Source: Thecamonas trahens ATCC 50062 (Eukaryota; Protista; Apusomonadida). Taken from it: DNA of 64,000 nt. The translations under genes and the position numbers were made by a program. The stretch covers positions 142,244-206,243 of the forward strand of contig NW_013657672.1 in the NCBI RefSeq assembly GCF_000142905.1, given 5' to 3'. This document shows, in pieces, positions 25,405-36,700 of this stretch. The notes beneath the pieces are model-generated. The model was given only the letters and a program-made list of their open reading frames with translations. It was not told the origin of the DNA and searched no databases. The stretch's first letter is position 1; each line of letters begins with the position of its first letter.

Positions 25405-26070
25405 TCAACCAACAATGTCGACGTGGAGTCGCACGGGCTCGTCGCCCTCTGCAGCCAGCGGCAAGACCCGGCCGTGGAGGTCACGACGAGCGGCACGGGC
25501 GAGGGCCGGCGAGGCCAGTGTGGCAAAGTAGACGTTGTGGTGCGGACGGCGGACAGAGTCGCGGCGGGCAAAAAGTGAACCAGGCTCATCGCGATGAGCC
25601 AAGAAGGGATAGTCTTTGAGCAGCTCCATAACAGCGGCAGCATTGGCCAAATGCGGCGGGAGAAAGCGGAGGGCGAGCATGTGCGCGCCGTACTCGCCGA
25701 GATGGCCAGCCAGCTTGCGATAGCTGGCCGTCCGCGAATCAGCAGTCTCTGGCCCAGCCGGGGCGACAATGACATCACGCATATGCATGCCATGTTTGAT
25801 GCGACCCCCCAGCGGCGATCGAGCCTGTGCAGCAGCAACCACCTCCTCTGCATGGTCATCCGACTCGTAGCCGGCAAAGAACGAGCCCGTGGGGAGCAGG
25901 ACGGGGTCTCGTGCCGGGAGCAGAACCGAGGGAGAAGGTGCCGAGGGAGCCAGAGCAGCGAGAAAGGCCACAACGTCGTCAGAGGATGCAGTAAAGGGTA
26001 CATGCATGAGGTGGACTGTCCGACTTGCGGTGTAAAGCCCACGAATACCCAGCCCAGCACACCGCAGCAT
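25405..26070 (-). CDS. Hypothetical protein (~200-220 aa); C-terminal part possibly RRM-like
   Basis: ORF convergent with the previous gene, with plausible globular composition (NVYFATLASPALARAARRDLHGRVL). Start uncertain. Confidence 0.5.
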   Translation of the reverse strand: MLRCAGLGIRGLYTASRTVHLMHVPFTASSDDVVAFLAALAPSAPSPSVLLPARDPVLLPTGSFFAGYESDDHAEEVVAAAQARSPLGGRIKHGMHMRDVIVAPAGPETADSRTASYRKLAGHLGEYGAHMLALRFLPPHLANAAAVMELLKDYPFLAHRDEPGSLFARRDSVRRPHHNVYFATLASPALARAARRDLHGRVLPLAAEGDEPVRLHVDIVG

Positions 26071-26182
26071 AGTCGGAGTGAGGGGTAGGGGGGTAGGGGG
26101 TAGGGGGGGGAGGTTGGGTGGAGTGCGAGGGGGAAGGGGATCAACCGAGGTGAGGGGTGAGGTGGGGGGGGGGGGGGGGGTA

Positions 26183-26405
26183 NNNNNNNNNNNNNNNNNN
26201 NNNNNNNNNNNNNNNNNNNNNNNNNNNNNNNNNNNNNNNNNNNNNNNNNNNNNNNNNNNNNNNNNNNNNNNNNNNNNNNNNNNNNNNNNNNNNNNNNNNN
26301 NNNNNNNNNNNNNNNNNNNNNNNNNNNNNNNNNNNNNNNNNNNNNNNNNNNNNNNNNNNNNNNNNNNNNNNNNNNNNNNNNNNNNNNNNNNNNNNNNNNN
26401 NNNNN
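26183..26405. other. Assembly gap
   Basis: Run of N preceded by poly-G. Confidence 1.
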
Positions 26406-26928
26406 CCGGTCAGGTCAGCATCATAGTGCGGGCGCCGGTCCTCGAAATCGTGTGGACGGACACAGGAGGGTGCGGGTTTTGGAGTTACCAGATCCGCCCG
26501 TGGAGATTGGAGAGGAAGGCGATGGAAGAGATGGTGGCATGGGTGGGGTGGGATAAGGACAAAGTTGATCTGATGTTGACATACAGACATACATGCACAC
26601 ACACACACACACACGCATACTCACTCATCTCGATCTCAACATTTGTTCAATATACACAGACATACCTTTCCTCCGATCACTCCCTCCCTCCCTCATCCCT
26701 TCCCCTCCATACTCCCCCCCGCCCCCCCGATCCCCCCCGATACCCCCCCCCCCACCCCCCCATCACCTGATGTCCAGCCCCTCCCCCACTTTCCCCCCAC
26801 TCGATGACCAATTCCTCCCTCCCTCCCCTCCCTCCCTCCCTCCCTCCGCCGGGTCATTCAGAGCGCCAACAACTCGTCGGCTCCGACCACCCCTCTCCCC
26901 CCCCCCCTTCGTCCCTCCCCTCCCCGGC

Positions 26929-28359
26929 ATGGCAACGACGACGAACATTCCAAGCAGCATCCCCCGTGAAGAGATGCTTGCACAAGCATGTGGTGCTCAG
27001 GGAAAGGGAGTGGTTGTGGGATGTGCTGGCGAGTTGTCTGACGAGGACTACCATACGGTGACGGTGGCGCTGGCCTGCACGGTGGCGTGCGGAGAGGGAT
27101 GCGAGAGAGAGGCAGAGTGTATGGCCATCAAGGCAGAGAGGGAGGCAAAGGCAGAGGCATTTGCCCATCGACAGTGGTACATGACCGATGAAGGAAGGCA
27201 AGCTGTTATGGCTGCTGCGGCTGACTCCATCACCCCAGCTACCTACCTGTACTCAAAGGCCGTCGTCAAGGAGAGAGTTAGTGAGCTTAAGGCTCTGGCT
27301 GGCGTCGATCGTCTCTTCTACGCCATCAAGGCTAATGCTCATCCGGATCTACTTCGTCTCATGTATGATGAGGGTGTGTGCTTTGAGGTTGTCTCTCCTG
27401 GTGAGCTTGCTCATGTGCTCGAGCTCTTCCCCGACCTGGCCTGTGTCCATGACAATGACGACGTGCCCTTCCGCATCATGTACACGCCCAACTTTGCTCC
27501 GCTTGAGGACTACGTCTCGGTCGTTGGTACGCCGGGCCTTTTGCTCACCATCGACAACGCCTTTATCCTCCGTAAGTGGGGCGCTGCGCTTGCTGGCGCT
27601 GACGTTATGATCCGCGTCGACACCGGCGAGGGCAAGGGCCACCACGACTTTGTCAAGACCTCGGGCAAGCACTCCAAGTTTGGTGTCCTCATCTCCGAGT
27701 TGGCTGAGGCTGCCGAACTGGCGGCTGCCCACGGCATCACTGTCCGTGGCCTTCACACCCACACTGGGTCTGGCATCGGCGACACAACAACATGGGCTGA
27801 CAATGCGGCCACGCTCGCCGCCGCCGCCGCAAACCACTTTCCGCACGCCACCATTCTTGACGTCGGCGGTGGCTTCTCGGTCCCCTATCACCCCTGGGTC
27901 GGCCCGCTGGACATGGGCGGCATCTCCGATGCGCTCGCATCGTTCAAGGCTGCGCATCCGCAGTACACGCTCTTCATTGAGCCCGGCCGGTACTACGTCG
28001 CTGAGGCTGGCGTCCTTGTCTCGACAGTGACCCAACTGAAGGACAAGGGTGAGGGCGTGCGGTATCTCGGGACGTCGGCCGGCATGCACGCTCTCATCCG
28101 CCCCATGCTCTACTCCTCGTACCACCACGTCGTCAACCTGACCGCGATCGAGCGCGCAAGTGGCGCCCGCCCACCCGCCGCCTTTTTCAACGTTGTCGGC
28201 CCCATTTGCGAGTCGGGCGACACCATTGCCTACGGCCGCCCGCTGCCGGCAGACTCGCAGCCCGGCGATGTGGTGGTTATCGCCGGCGCCGGCGCTTACG
28301 GATTCTCCATGTCATCCAACTACAACATGCGACCGATTGGCGAGATCGTCATCGAGTAA
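26929..28359 (+). CDS. lysA: Diaminopimelate decarboxylase (PLP fold III)
   Basis: FYAIKAN (PLP lysine), SKFG, HTHTGSG, LDVGGGF, EPGRY, VVGPICESGD and GAYGFSMSSNYN. Confidence 0.9.
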   Translation: MATTTNIPSSIPREEMLAQACGAQGKGVVVGCAGELSDEDYHTVTVALACTVACGEGCEREAECMAIKAEREAKAEAFAHRQWYMTDEGRQAVMAAAADSITPATYLYSKAVVKERVSELKALAGVDRLFYAIKANAHPDLLRLMYDEGVCFEVVSPGELAHVLELFPDLACVHDNDDVPFRIMYTPNFAPLEDYVSVVGTPGLLLTIDNAFILRKWGAALAGADVMIRVDTGEGKGHHDFVKTSGKHSKFGVLISELAEAAELAAAHGITVRGLHTHTGSGIGDTTTWADNAATLAAAAANHFPHATILDVGGGFSVPYHPWVGPLDMGGISDALASFKAAHPQYTLFIEPGRYYVAEAGVLVSTVTQLKDKGEGVRYLGTSAGMHALIRPMLYSSYHHVVNLTAIERASGARPPAAFFNVVGPICESGDTIAYGRPLPADSQPGDVVVIAGAGAYGFSMSSNYNMRPIGEIVIE

Positions 28360-28435
28360 TCAGCTGTCCAGAGCTCGGTTTAGTTGTTCACTACGAGGCG
28401 CATGACAACGTACCCAAACTACCGTTTCGTTAAGG

Positions 28436-30487
28436 TTAAATGAGTTCAAAGCTGTCGTCGCTCCTGTCGCCACCACCGGGTGCACCGGACGCGCCTGCGC
28501 TGCCGTCGTCCGAGAAATCGTCAATGTCCCATGAAGTACCAGCTTCGAGCTCAGCCTTCATGGCCGCGAGCCCAGTGACCTCCTCCAGAACTTCAGGATC
28601 GGTGAGGACTCGCTCGACAAAGGCCCAGCCCTCAGCAACGTAGGCGTCGACAACCGCCGACGAGCACGCGGTGCACTTGTCGTACGCGTGAGCGACAACA
28701 AGCTTGTGGGCGTAGTGGGTCATGAACCCGCGGATCTGGTGGGGAATGAGGCCGAGCCGGTGTTCCGTCGGCACGCCGACAGCGACAGGCTCGTCGGCCG
28801 GCGCGTGGTGGCGGGCCGGGTGATGAAGCAGCGCGATGAGGAGCTCGACCGCCAGCGACGACGAAAGGTACGAGTTGCCCGGCCGCACAACGGTACACGC
28901 TTGGTCGAGCGAGCGCTGTGTCAGCGAGTCGGTCGGCGCTACAATGTCTGTGCAAAAGTAGCAGCCGAGCCGCGAACCCGCAGCCCGTGACGCCGCATCC
29001 GTCGGCCCGTGCCGCATGCAAACAAAAGTGTCAAAGCCCATGGCCGTGTTGATGACCAGCTTGTCCATGACGGCGCCCAGAAGCGTCGGAAGCCACCGCG
29101 ACTCACGGGTGTCGGTGAGGAGAAAGACCGCATCGGCTTCGTTGTACAGCTCAACGAGCTTGTCCACACTTGCCTGCGCATCGCCAGATGCCCCGTGCCC
29201 GGGCATCGGGATCGAGAGCACGTGGCCGGACGCGTTCATGCCCGGGAAAATGGCCCGAATGGCAGCCGCGGCCGCAGGCGCCTTGTACTCGCCGGCGGCG
29301 GCGTCGGCAAAGGTGAAAAGGGACTGCCGGACTGGATTCGAGTACGAGACCTTGCCCGAGTCGACAAAGGTGAGCGTGCGGACGCCCCAGCCCATGAGCG
29401 CGCGCGCCACGTTGCACCCGAGTGTTCCTGCCCCAAGAAGGAGCACACGCGTCCCGGCAATCGTGTCGAGGTCCAGCTCCGGGAGCAGCCGCCAGCGCAT
29501 GAGCTTGAGGTTGAGGTCCACCGAGGTCTCCATCAGCTGGTTGGGATCCATCGATGCGCCGAGGTCCACAACCTTGCTCCCGATCTTGCCTCTCTTGTTC
29601 TTCTCCCACCCGACGGCAGAGGGCCTGTTCTCCGCAGCCGCTGCCAGCGCTTCGGGCGCAACCTCGACCGGAACCACCAGCGATGACGCCAGAGGCGCGT
29701 CAGCGTCGGCTGCGGCAAGACTCTCGCGATAGGCAAGGAGCGTAAAGGTCGAGAGACCAAAGGTTGTCGCTACCGCTGCCGCCACGTTGCGGAGTGCCCA
29801 GCCCGGATGGTCCGGCGACGAGACCGGATCTGCCACCGCAATCAGCGGCGCCGTCTCGGGATCGGCTGCCCAGAACGCGGCCCACTCGGAAACTTCCTCC
29901 ACCGCAGGCTCACATCCAGGTGAAAGACGGACGAGCCAGACCAGCGGGCGTGAGTCTGTGCCAAACTTTGCGTCGACTGCGGCAGCCAGTGCCTTGCCGC
30001 CATCGTCCAGCACAAGCAGCGACGCCGGAGCCGGGCTCTGGACCGCCGGGGAGAGCTTGATGGCCGGAAAGGCAGCCTGGTAGCGAAAGATGTGCTTCTT
30101 GAGATCAGCATAGGTGAGGACAAGAAAGGGAAGGAGGAGCTCAGGGGCATCAAGCCATGCGCCGGACGCAATGTCAGCCCACAGCTGGGCCGCAGCAGCA
30201 TCAAAGAGGGACTTCTTGTCGAGGGCCTTAAAGTCGGCAGCCGTGTTGACCAGAGTCAGAGCACCATGAACATGATGATGATGAGGACGAGGAGGAAGCG
30301 GATCTTGAAGAGAGTCCCCAGAGAGAAACAGTCTTCCATCAACAGGTGCCTTAGCTCCCGTAGAGAACCGTGCCGCCACAGGAACAGGTTCCGTCGCCAG
30401 CTGCAGTCGGTCGATCTTCTCCGCCGCAAGCGCATACCAGAACGATGCCTCCACAACCAGCCGGAGCGGGTAGAACTGAACTGCCAT
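28436..30487 (-). CDS. ATG7: Autophagy E1-like enzyme Atg7
   Basis: VDLNLKLMRWRLLP, LLLGAGTLGC, VSYSNPVRQSLF, LLTDTRESRWLP, LGCYFC, RSLDQACTV (catalytic Cys) and PHQIRGF. Confidence 0.97.
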   Translation of the reverse strand: MAVQFYPLRLVVEASFWYALAAEKIDRLQLATEPVPVAARFSTGAKAPVDGRLFLSGDSLQDPLPPRPHHHHVHGALTLVNTAADFKALDKKSLFDAAAAQLWADIASGAWLDAPELLLPFLVLTYADLKKHIFRYQAAFPAIKLSPAVQSPAPASLLVLDDGGKALAAAVDAKFGTDSRPLVWLVRLSPGCEPAVEEVSEWAAFWAADPETAPLIAVADPVSSPDHPGWALRNVAAAVATTFGLSTFTLLAYRESLAAADADAPLASSLVVPVEVAPEALAAAAENRPSAVGWEKNKRGKIGSKVVDLGASMDPNQLMETSVDLNLKLMRWRLLPELDLDTIAGTRVLLLGAGTLGCNVARALMGWGVRTLTFVDSGKVSYSNPVRQSLFTFADAAAGEYKAPAAAAAIRAIFPGMNASGHVLSIPMPGHGASGDAQASVDKLVELYNEADAVFLLTDTRESRWLPTLLGAVMDKLVINTAMGFDTFVCMRHGPTDAASRAAGSRLGCYFCTDIVAPTDSLTQRSLDQACTVVRPGNSYLSSSLAVELLIALLHHPARHHAPADEPVAVGVPTEHRLGLIPHQIRGFMTHYAHKLVVAHAYDKCTACSSAVVDAYVAEGWAFVERVLTDPEVLEEVTGLAAMKAELEAGTSWDIDDFSDDGSAGASGAPGGGDRSDDSFELI

Positions 30488-30745
30488 GGTAGAGGGGGAG
30501 GGGAAGGTGAGGGAGAGCGTGGATGAGGTGGGTGGTGGGTGGTGGGGGTGGAGGAGTCAAGTGTGTCTGTGTCTGTGTGTGCTGGGGAGAGGGGGGGAGG
30601 TGTTCGGCCGGGTGGCTCGTGCGTGTTGGCGGGGGGAGAGCGGGGGGGGGGGGGGGGGGAGAAGGCAAGGGCGCAAGTAATCGAGTGTATCGGGGGTTAC
30701 AGTTAAGGGTGGGGTTGGGGTTGGATTTAGTCGGCTACTGTGCTC

Positions 30746-31732
30746 TTAGCTGCGGTCGGTGATCCAGTTGATGATGTCGGTCACAACCTTGCCACCATCA
30801 GGCTCGTGGATGAGCTCGTGGCGGAAGCCCTCGTAGACCTTGATGGTCTTGTCAGTGGAACCGGCGTGAGCATAGAGATAGTCGGCGCCGTTAGGGGTGG
30901 CAAAGACATCCTTGGTTCCCTGGAGGACAATGAACGGGACCTTGAGGCGCGGGAGGACGGCGCGGACGTCGTCAATGTTACCCAGGATCTCGGCGGCAGT
31001 GCGGGCAGGAGTCCAGCACTGGCCGAGGCATGATCGCTTGTCGGCAATGGCGGCAGCAACACGAGCCGGGTCTGAGTACGCACCTTGGATCTTGGGCCCG
31101 GCGATGGGCATATGCGGGAGGTGGGTCGAGAAGAACAGTGCCATGGTCCGAGTCGTCGTCGTGTTGATCTCCGGATCGATGGCCATGGCCGGAGCTGAGA
31201 GCACCATGCCCTTGACCGCCTTGGGCTTGCGGAGGCCGATGTTGACGGCGATGAGGCCGCCCATCGAGTGGCCCATGATGAACAACGGTGTGGACTCTGC
31301 CTTGGCACGGTTGATGAGGGTGATCTGGTCGAGTACGTCCTGAACATGGTCGTTAAAGTCACGCACATAGTTCCTGTCGCCCTCGGACCAGCCGTGGCCC
31401 TGCAGATCCATGACGGTAACGGTGATACCAGCAGCTGTGAGGTCGTCGACGAGGTCAGCAAACATGCCCGCATGCTGGGCGTAGCCATGGATGAAGAGAA
31501 GATGAGCACGAGGGGGAGATTGGCCATCAGAACCAGTAGCCTTGGCATCAAAGGTCTCCGAGTACATCCACAGTCCAGCCTTGTTCCGTCGCCATTCCCC
31601 AGATGGATAGCCACGGTACTCTGGTGAGATGTCCGACAAAGGTGCGAGGTGGTTGGCCGGCTTCAGGCGGAGGTAGCCCATGACAGCCACAGCAAAGACC
31701 GCTGCGAATACAGTCTTGACAACAAGTGACAT
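30746..31732 (-). CDS. Monoglyceride lipase/lysophospholipase (alpha/beta hydrolase) with an N-terminal anchor
   Basis: HGYAQH, DLQGHGWS, GHSMGG (nucleophile), QGTKD and YEGFRHEL; hydrophobic N-terminus. Confidence 0.9.
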   Translation of the reverse strand: MSLVVKTVFAAVFAVAVMGYLRLKPANHLAPLSDISPEYRGYPSGEWRRNKAGLWMYSETFDAKATGSDGQSPPRAHLLFIHGYAQHAGMFADLVDDLTAAGITVTVMDLQGHGWSEGDRNYVRDFNDHVQDVLDQITLINRAKAESTPLFIMGHSMGGLIAVNIGLRKPKAVKGMVLSAPAMAIDPEINTTTTRTMALFFSTHLPHMPIAGPKIQGAYSDPARVAAAIADKRSCLGQCWTPARTAAEILGNIDDVRAVLPRLKVPFIVLQGTKDVFATPNGADYLYAHAGSTDKTIKVYEGFRHELIHEPDGGKVVTDIINWITDRS

Positions 31733-32002
31733 AGCTACTTGATGGCCTTGGTTATACTCTTTCTCTCTGCCTTCAAGTCGTCAGGTGTACTCCTTCTAGC
31801 CTCACTGTACTTCTCCCAGTTCCGTCTTCGGGGGGGGGGGGGGGAGGGGGGGGGCCTGTCATCGAAGGCGACTTGCGAGGGAACGTGACACGACCGAGTG
31901 CCACCGGTTGCTCCCCGTCCCCCCCCCCCTCCCCCCTGGAGGGCGAGCTTATGTCAGCAGCTTGTGTTGTGGGTATACTTGTCTGACGAGACTGAAAAGT
32001 TG

Positions 32003-33331
32003 ATGGCAAGGACCGGTGCTGTGTGGTGGACTACTGGTCTGGGTTTGGTGGCTCTGGTGGTAGTGGTTGTTCTGGTAGGCCCTGGAGGAGTTGTGGCGGC
32101 TGGGCATGGTGCTGGGAGTTGTGCTGATGGTCAGGTTGTGGCCGGCCGAGTGGAGAATGATGACTATTGCGATTGTCGGGATGGGTCAGATGAGAGACAG
32201 ACATCGGCGTGTGCTGGTCGGGTGGAGGTTCCTCAAGCTGATGAGTTTGCTGTTGGAGATGGAAGCGATGGACTTCCTGCGCCCGATCACTACTTTGTCT
32301 GCGCCAACGACGGCCACGTTACTCTCGCCATCCCCACCGAGTTTGTGGCCGATGGTGTGTGCGACTGCTGCGATGGCTCGGATGAGGCTAGCCTGACACA
32401 GGCTGACCGTGCCAAGCTCCCGCATGCCTTGCCCGAGGGTTGTCCGAACACGTGTGCCGCCGCTGCGTCGGCCGCCGCCGCTCTGCGGCTCGCCGTCAAT
32501 GAGCGGCTGGTCGCAGGGGCCAAGGCACGCGCTTTGTATGCCGCAGAGGGAAGCAAGGCCGTTGCTGCTGCCAAAGCCGCCTATGCTAACGCTACTGTTG
32601 AGGTTCCGGCGCTCCGCGATGCACTGGCCGACGTCGATGCTCGCATCGAGTACGCCAAGACCACTGGGCCGGTCGACGAGGGGCAGCCGTCAGATGAGAG
32701 CTCCGATGCCGACGACATCGAGATGTTCGAGGGTGAGTCGGCAAGTCCGACGATGTCTTGGTCACAGTGGCTGGCAGGCACGCCGCTAGCGCCGCTGGCC
32801 AACATCTTTGTGGCGCGCGAGCCCGAGCCGCTGGACCTGTTGGTCGCTGAGCGCGAGACCATTGCTGCGCGGCTTGCTGAGTATGAAAAGCGCGAGCGGG
32901 AGGCCAAGCCGCTGGCAACACTTGATCTTGGTGCCGACGCTGCGTTCTATGCCCTTGTCGGCAAGTGCTTCTCAACCAAGACCCGCGAGTACGAGTACAC
33001 CGTGTGTCCGTTCGACAAGGCCGAGCAGGGATCGGCGTCAGGCTCCGGCATCCGCACCAACCTGGGCAAGTTTGAGACCTGGGTCGGGCGCGGCTACAGC
33101 CTCATGGCGTTTCGCAACGGTCAGTCGTGCTACAATGGCCCGCAGCGGTCGATGACTGTCTCACTCGAGTGCGGCGCAGTCGAGGAGCTCTCCGCCGTCT
33201 CCGAGCCGGAAAAGTGCACCTACCGCGCTGTCCTCCGCACACCAGCCGCTTGCTCCGCCGATCTCGCGTCGTACGACGGCGATCTCTCGGCCTCGATTCC
33301 CGGCGTCATCTACACTCATGACGAGTTGTAG
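32003..33331 (+). CDS. PRKCSH: Glucosidase II beta subunit (PRKCSH-like)
   Basis: Signal peptide; NDDYCDCxDGSDE and DGVCDCCDGSDE; MRH domain (YEYTVCPF, NGQSCYNGPQRS, SEPEKCTY); C-terminal HDEL. Confidence 0.93.
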   Translation: MARTGAVWWTTGLGLVALVVVVVLVGPGGVVAAGHGAGSCADGQVVAGRVENDDYCDCRDGSDERQTSACAGRVEVPQADEFAVGDGSDGLPAPDHYFVCANDGHVTLAIPTEFVADGVCDCCDGSDEASLTQADRAKLPHALPEGCPNTCAAAASAAAALRLAVNERLVAGAKARALYAAEGSKAVAAAKAAYANATVEVPALRDALADVDARIEYAKTTGPVDEGQPSDESSDADDIEMFEGESASPTMSWSQWLAGTPLAPLANIFVAREPEPLDLLVAERETIAARLAEYEKREREAKPLATLDLGADAAFYALVGKCFSTKTREYEYTVCPFDKAEQGSASGSGIRTNLGKFETWVGRGYSLMAFRNGQSCYNGPQRSMTVSLECGAVEELSAVSEPEKCTYRAVLRTPAACSADLASYDGDLSASIPGVIYTHDEL

Positions 33332-33751
33332 CTATGTCCGCCATCTGCTCTACTCGCTCTTGCATCTATCGAGTCTAGAAGCAGATCACGCCGTCTCCCA
33401 ATGAATGCTGTTCGGGAGGCCTGACCATATCCCCCCTCCCCCCTTCCTTTTCCCCTCTTCAATGATCATCAAACACAATGATCTTCCTCTCCTCTCCCCC
33501 TCGCAAGCGGTGTCCCACCTAGCTCGCGTCGTCCTCTGCGACGACTCAGTAGTGACTCGAGCACAAGCTTAGAGCAAGCCACTTGTCAAGCAAGCGCGAC
33601 CCATTTCCCGCCACCGACCACCTCATGATACTTCGTACGTGCTCAAGACTAGGATGAAAGGACGATGTGCATGTGGTGTGCTCGTGGTGTGTGGTGTATG
33701 TAGCTGGGGAGGGGGCCCCGCTGGCTCTCGGCTGACGGAGAGCGACTTCGA

Positions 33752-36700
33752 ATGTGTTCGGCAGGGGGGAGGGGGGAGGGAGGGGGGGATGATGATCTGC
33801 TCACGAGGTACCCGTCATTATGGTATGCTGAGGTGAGAACAGGACGAATAGCGACAGGAGAGGCTTTGGTGGATGAGATTGCTGCTCTGGATGGGGACGA
33901 TGCTGAACTGGCCATGACTATGGCACTGTGCTCCGGATCGCTGGAGCTCGTGGAGGCTGCTCTGGTTCATCCGGCGAGGCCGATGCCACTCGCTCTGGCT
34001 GGTGCATGGTCCGGGGACGACGGATCAGCATCAGGTGGAGCTGACTGGCCAGTGCGTGTTGCGTCAGCTGGCTACGGTCCGGCCTTTCTGCATGCAAGCG
34101 GGAGCGACTCGACCCAGTGGGCGCTCCGCGGCGTGGCTGCGCTGCGGCACGCGGGCTCGATTGCCCAGGTGGCAGCATCATCGCGAATGGCGGCTGCAGT
34201 CTCAGACTCTGGACAGCTTTTTGTGTGGGGCCGTGGATCGCGGGGCGAGCTCGGCCTCGGCAAGGGCGTGACGTCGGCGCTGACGCCGACTCGCGCCCTG
34301 CCGGCCATTGGTGCTGTGGCCAAGGTTGCACTCGGCGCCGCCCACATGCTTGTTCTCACAGAGGCTGGAAGCGTTTACGCGGTTGGCTCGAATGCCCAGG
34401 GTCAGCTCGGCCAGCCGTCGGACGAGGTGGATGTGTTATTGGAGCCGCTGCCGGTGACGCTGCCGGATGGACTCGCCGTTGCCGACATCGCTGCCGGCTC
34501 TGCTGTCTCCGTCATCCTTACCACCGATGGCCAGGTCCTCGCCTTTGGTGCTAATGACTACGGCCAGATCGCCGACCGAAGCGCGGGTGTTGTTGCCAGC
34601 CATGTCCCCACCGCACTTATGCTCGGATCTCACTCTGCGGCTGTCGCCGTCGTCACCTCGGCCTTTCACATTGCGCTGCTCGACGATGGCGGCACGCTGG
34701 TCATCTTTGGCCTTAACGACCGGAGGCGGCGTCTCTCGCTTTCCCGCGGTGCCCGCGAGGCGCTCTTCCGCGCCGAGACCTCTTCGGCGGGTGCAGCTGA
34801 CGACGCTGACGACTTTACTCTTGCCAGTCTACCGGCACTTACCTTTATCGAGCTGGCGGTGGCTCCGTTTGCCACCGCTGTCATCACCTCGTCGGGCTCG
34901 CTGGCCATCTTTGTCCACACAGGCGCGTTTGCGCTGTTGACGGCGGCAGCCAAAAAGTCCAAGCGGCGCAGGCAGGGCGCGTCGGACGACAGTGCCACTC
35001 GCCATCGTGCGGTCACGTCGTCGGCGCAGCTGACCCGAAACTTTGCTGTCGGCGGCTCTCGCCATCGTACATACGTGTATCCATGGCCTGCATGCTTTGG
35101 TGCGCCACTGCGTTCGGTGGGGCTCTCGGCTACAGGTACCGTCGCTGTCGTCTCCGAGAGCGGACTCTTGTTTGAATGGTCGCTCCTCAGCGACAAACAG
35201 CCACCGCTGTATGGTGTTGGCAAGTTGCCGCGGCTCCTCAACAGCAGGCTTGATCTGACGTCGCCGATTCGGGTTGCACGGATCCGCCATGCGTCTGCCG
35301 TTGCCGTCTCCGACTCTGCAGTCCTTGCGCTGCACACCCCGCTTGCGCCAGTCTCGATCGACTCGGCCGAGGGTGAGGCGCAGGGTGCGCTGCAGGCTGA
35401 TCTGGCGAGCATGGCCGTGGATCGTCCCGAGTTTCCGGATTTGAACCTTGACACTGCCGACGGCGTCCTGCCAGCCTGCTCGTGGCTTGTTGCGCTCCGC
35501 GCTCCTGCTCTAGCGAGCAAGCCGCGTGCGCTCGCAACAGTGCCCAAGGCCACTGCCCGCCAGCTCCTGGCCTTTGTCTACGGCGCCGTCCTACCCGAGA
35601 GCATTGAGCCCGAGGCGATGATGGCGCTACGGACCATGGCGACACGCCTCGATCTGCACTCGCTGAGGTCGACCCTGATCTCAGTCTATCCCAACGGGAT
35701 CACATGCAACGAGGACTCACCGGCCATTGCTGCGGCTTCCAGGAGCGAGGCTGGAGCCACGCTTCAGCGGCAGCTTGCTGCAGCCTGGCATCGCTCTCCC
35801 GAGGGCAACACCCGGCTTGTGCTTGCTGATGGTGAGACGCTCAGTGTCGACGCATCGGTCTTGGCAGCGCGCTCGGTGCCATTCCGTGCCATGCTCACGC
35901 TGCCCATGATGGAGGGGCTCAGGCGGGAGGTGGACATGTCGTTCCATCAGCCGGACACTGTCCGTGCCTTTGTCGAGTACCTGTGGACCGGGCGGGTGAA
36001 GAGCTTGGCCAGCCACAAGCTCGAGCTCGGCGAGGTGCTCGACTTGTACGCCATCGCACACGAGTACATGGCCCAGCCGCTGCTGGCTCTCTGCGAGGCG
36101 GCGGCGGTGTGGTGGCTCGATCTTGACAACGCAATTGCGGTGCTCAACACGATAGCGCCGTTTGTGAGCCCACTCGATACTGCTGCGCCGCTGGGCAGCT
36201 ACGTTCTCGTCGACGCGGCGCTTATGGTTCTGGTTGACAGTCTCGAGGCACTGGCGTGGTCGCGCAAGGCCTTTGACGCACTCGACCAAGTGTATCAGGC
36301 TCGATGGGAACAGGCATGGCGGCTTACGGTTGCTCGTCCGCAGCTATCGGCGCGTCGGGACGCGCTTTTGAAAATCCACGAGGAAGCGGAGGCGGATCGT
36401 AAGGCTGCACTTGCAGCGGCGGCGGCTCGCGAAGCTGCTGCTGCGGCCGAAGCTGCGGCTGCTGCGGCAGATGCCCGCGACTGGGACGAGTATGTCTTTG
36501 TGTCTTGGGATGAGAGCGGGCCTGAACGCGATGCAGAGCTGGTAGTCTCCAACATTCATCTGGAGCTTGGTGAGCTAGAACGCGAGATTGCTATTGTGCG
36601 GACGTTGGATGAGCGTGCCCGCTCTGGCGCGCGCATCTCGCACAGCGACCTTGAGCGGACAAGCAACCTGCGTGCACTGCGGAAGCGTCGCAAGGAGCTC

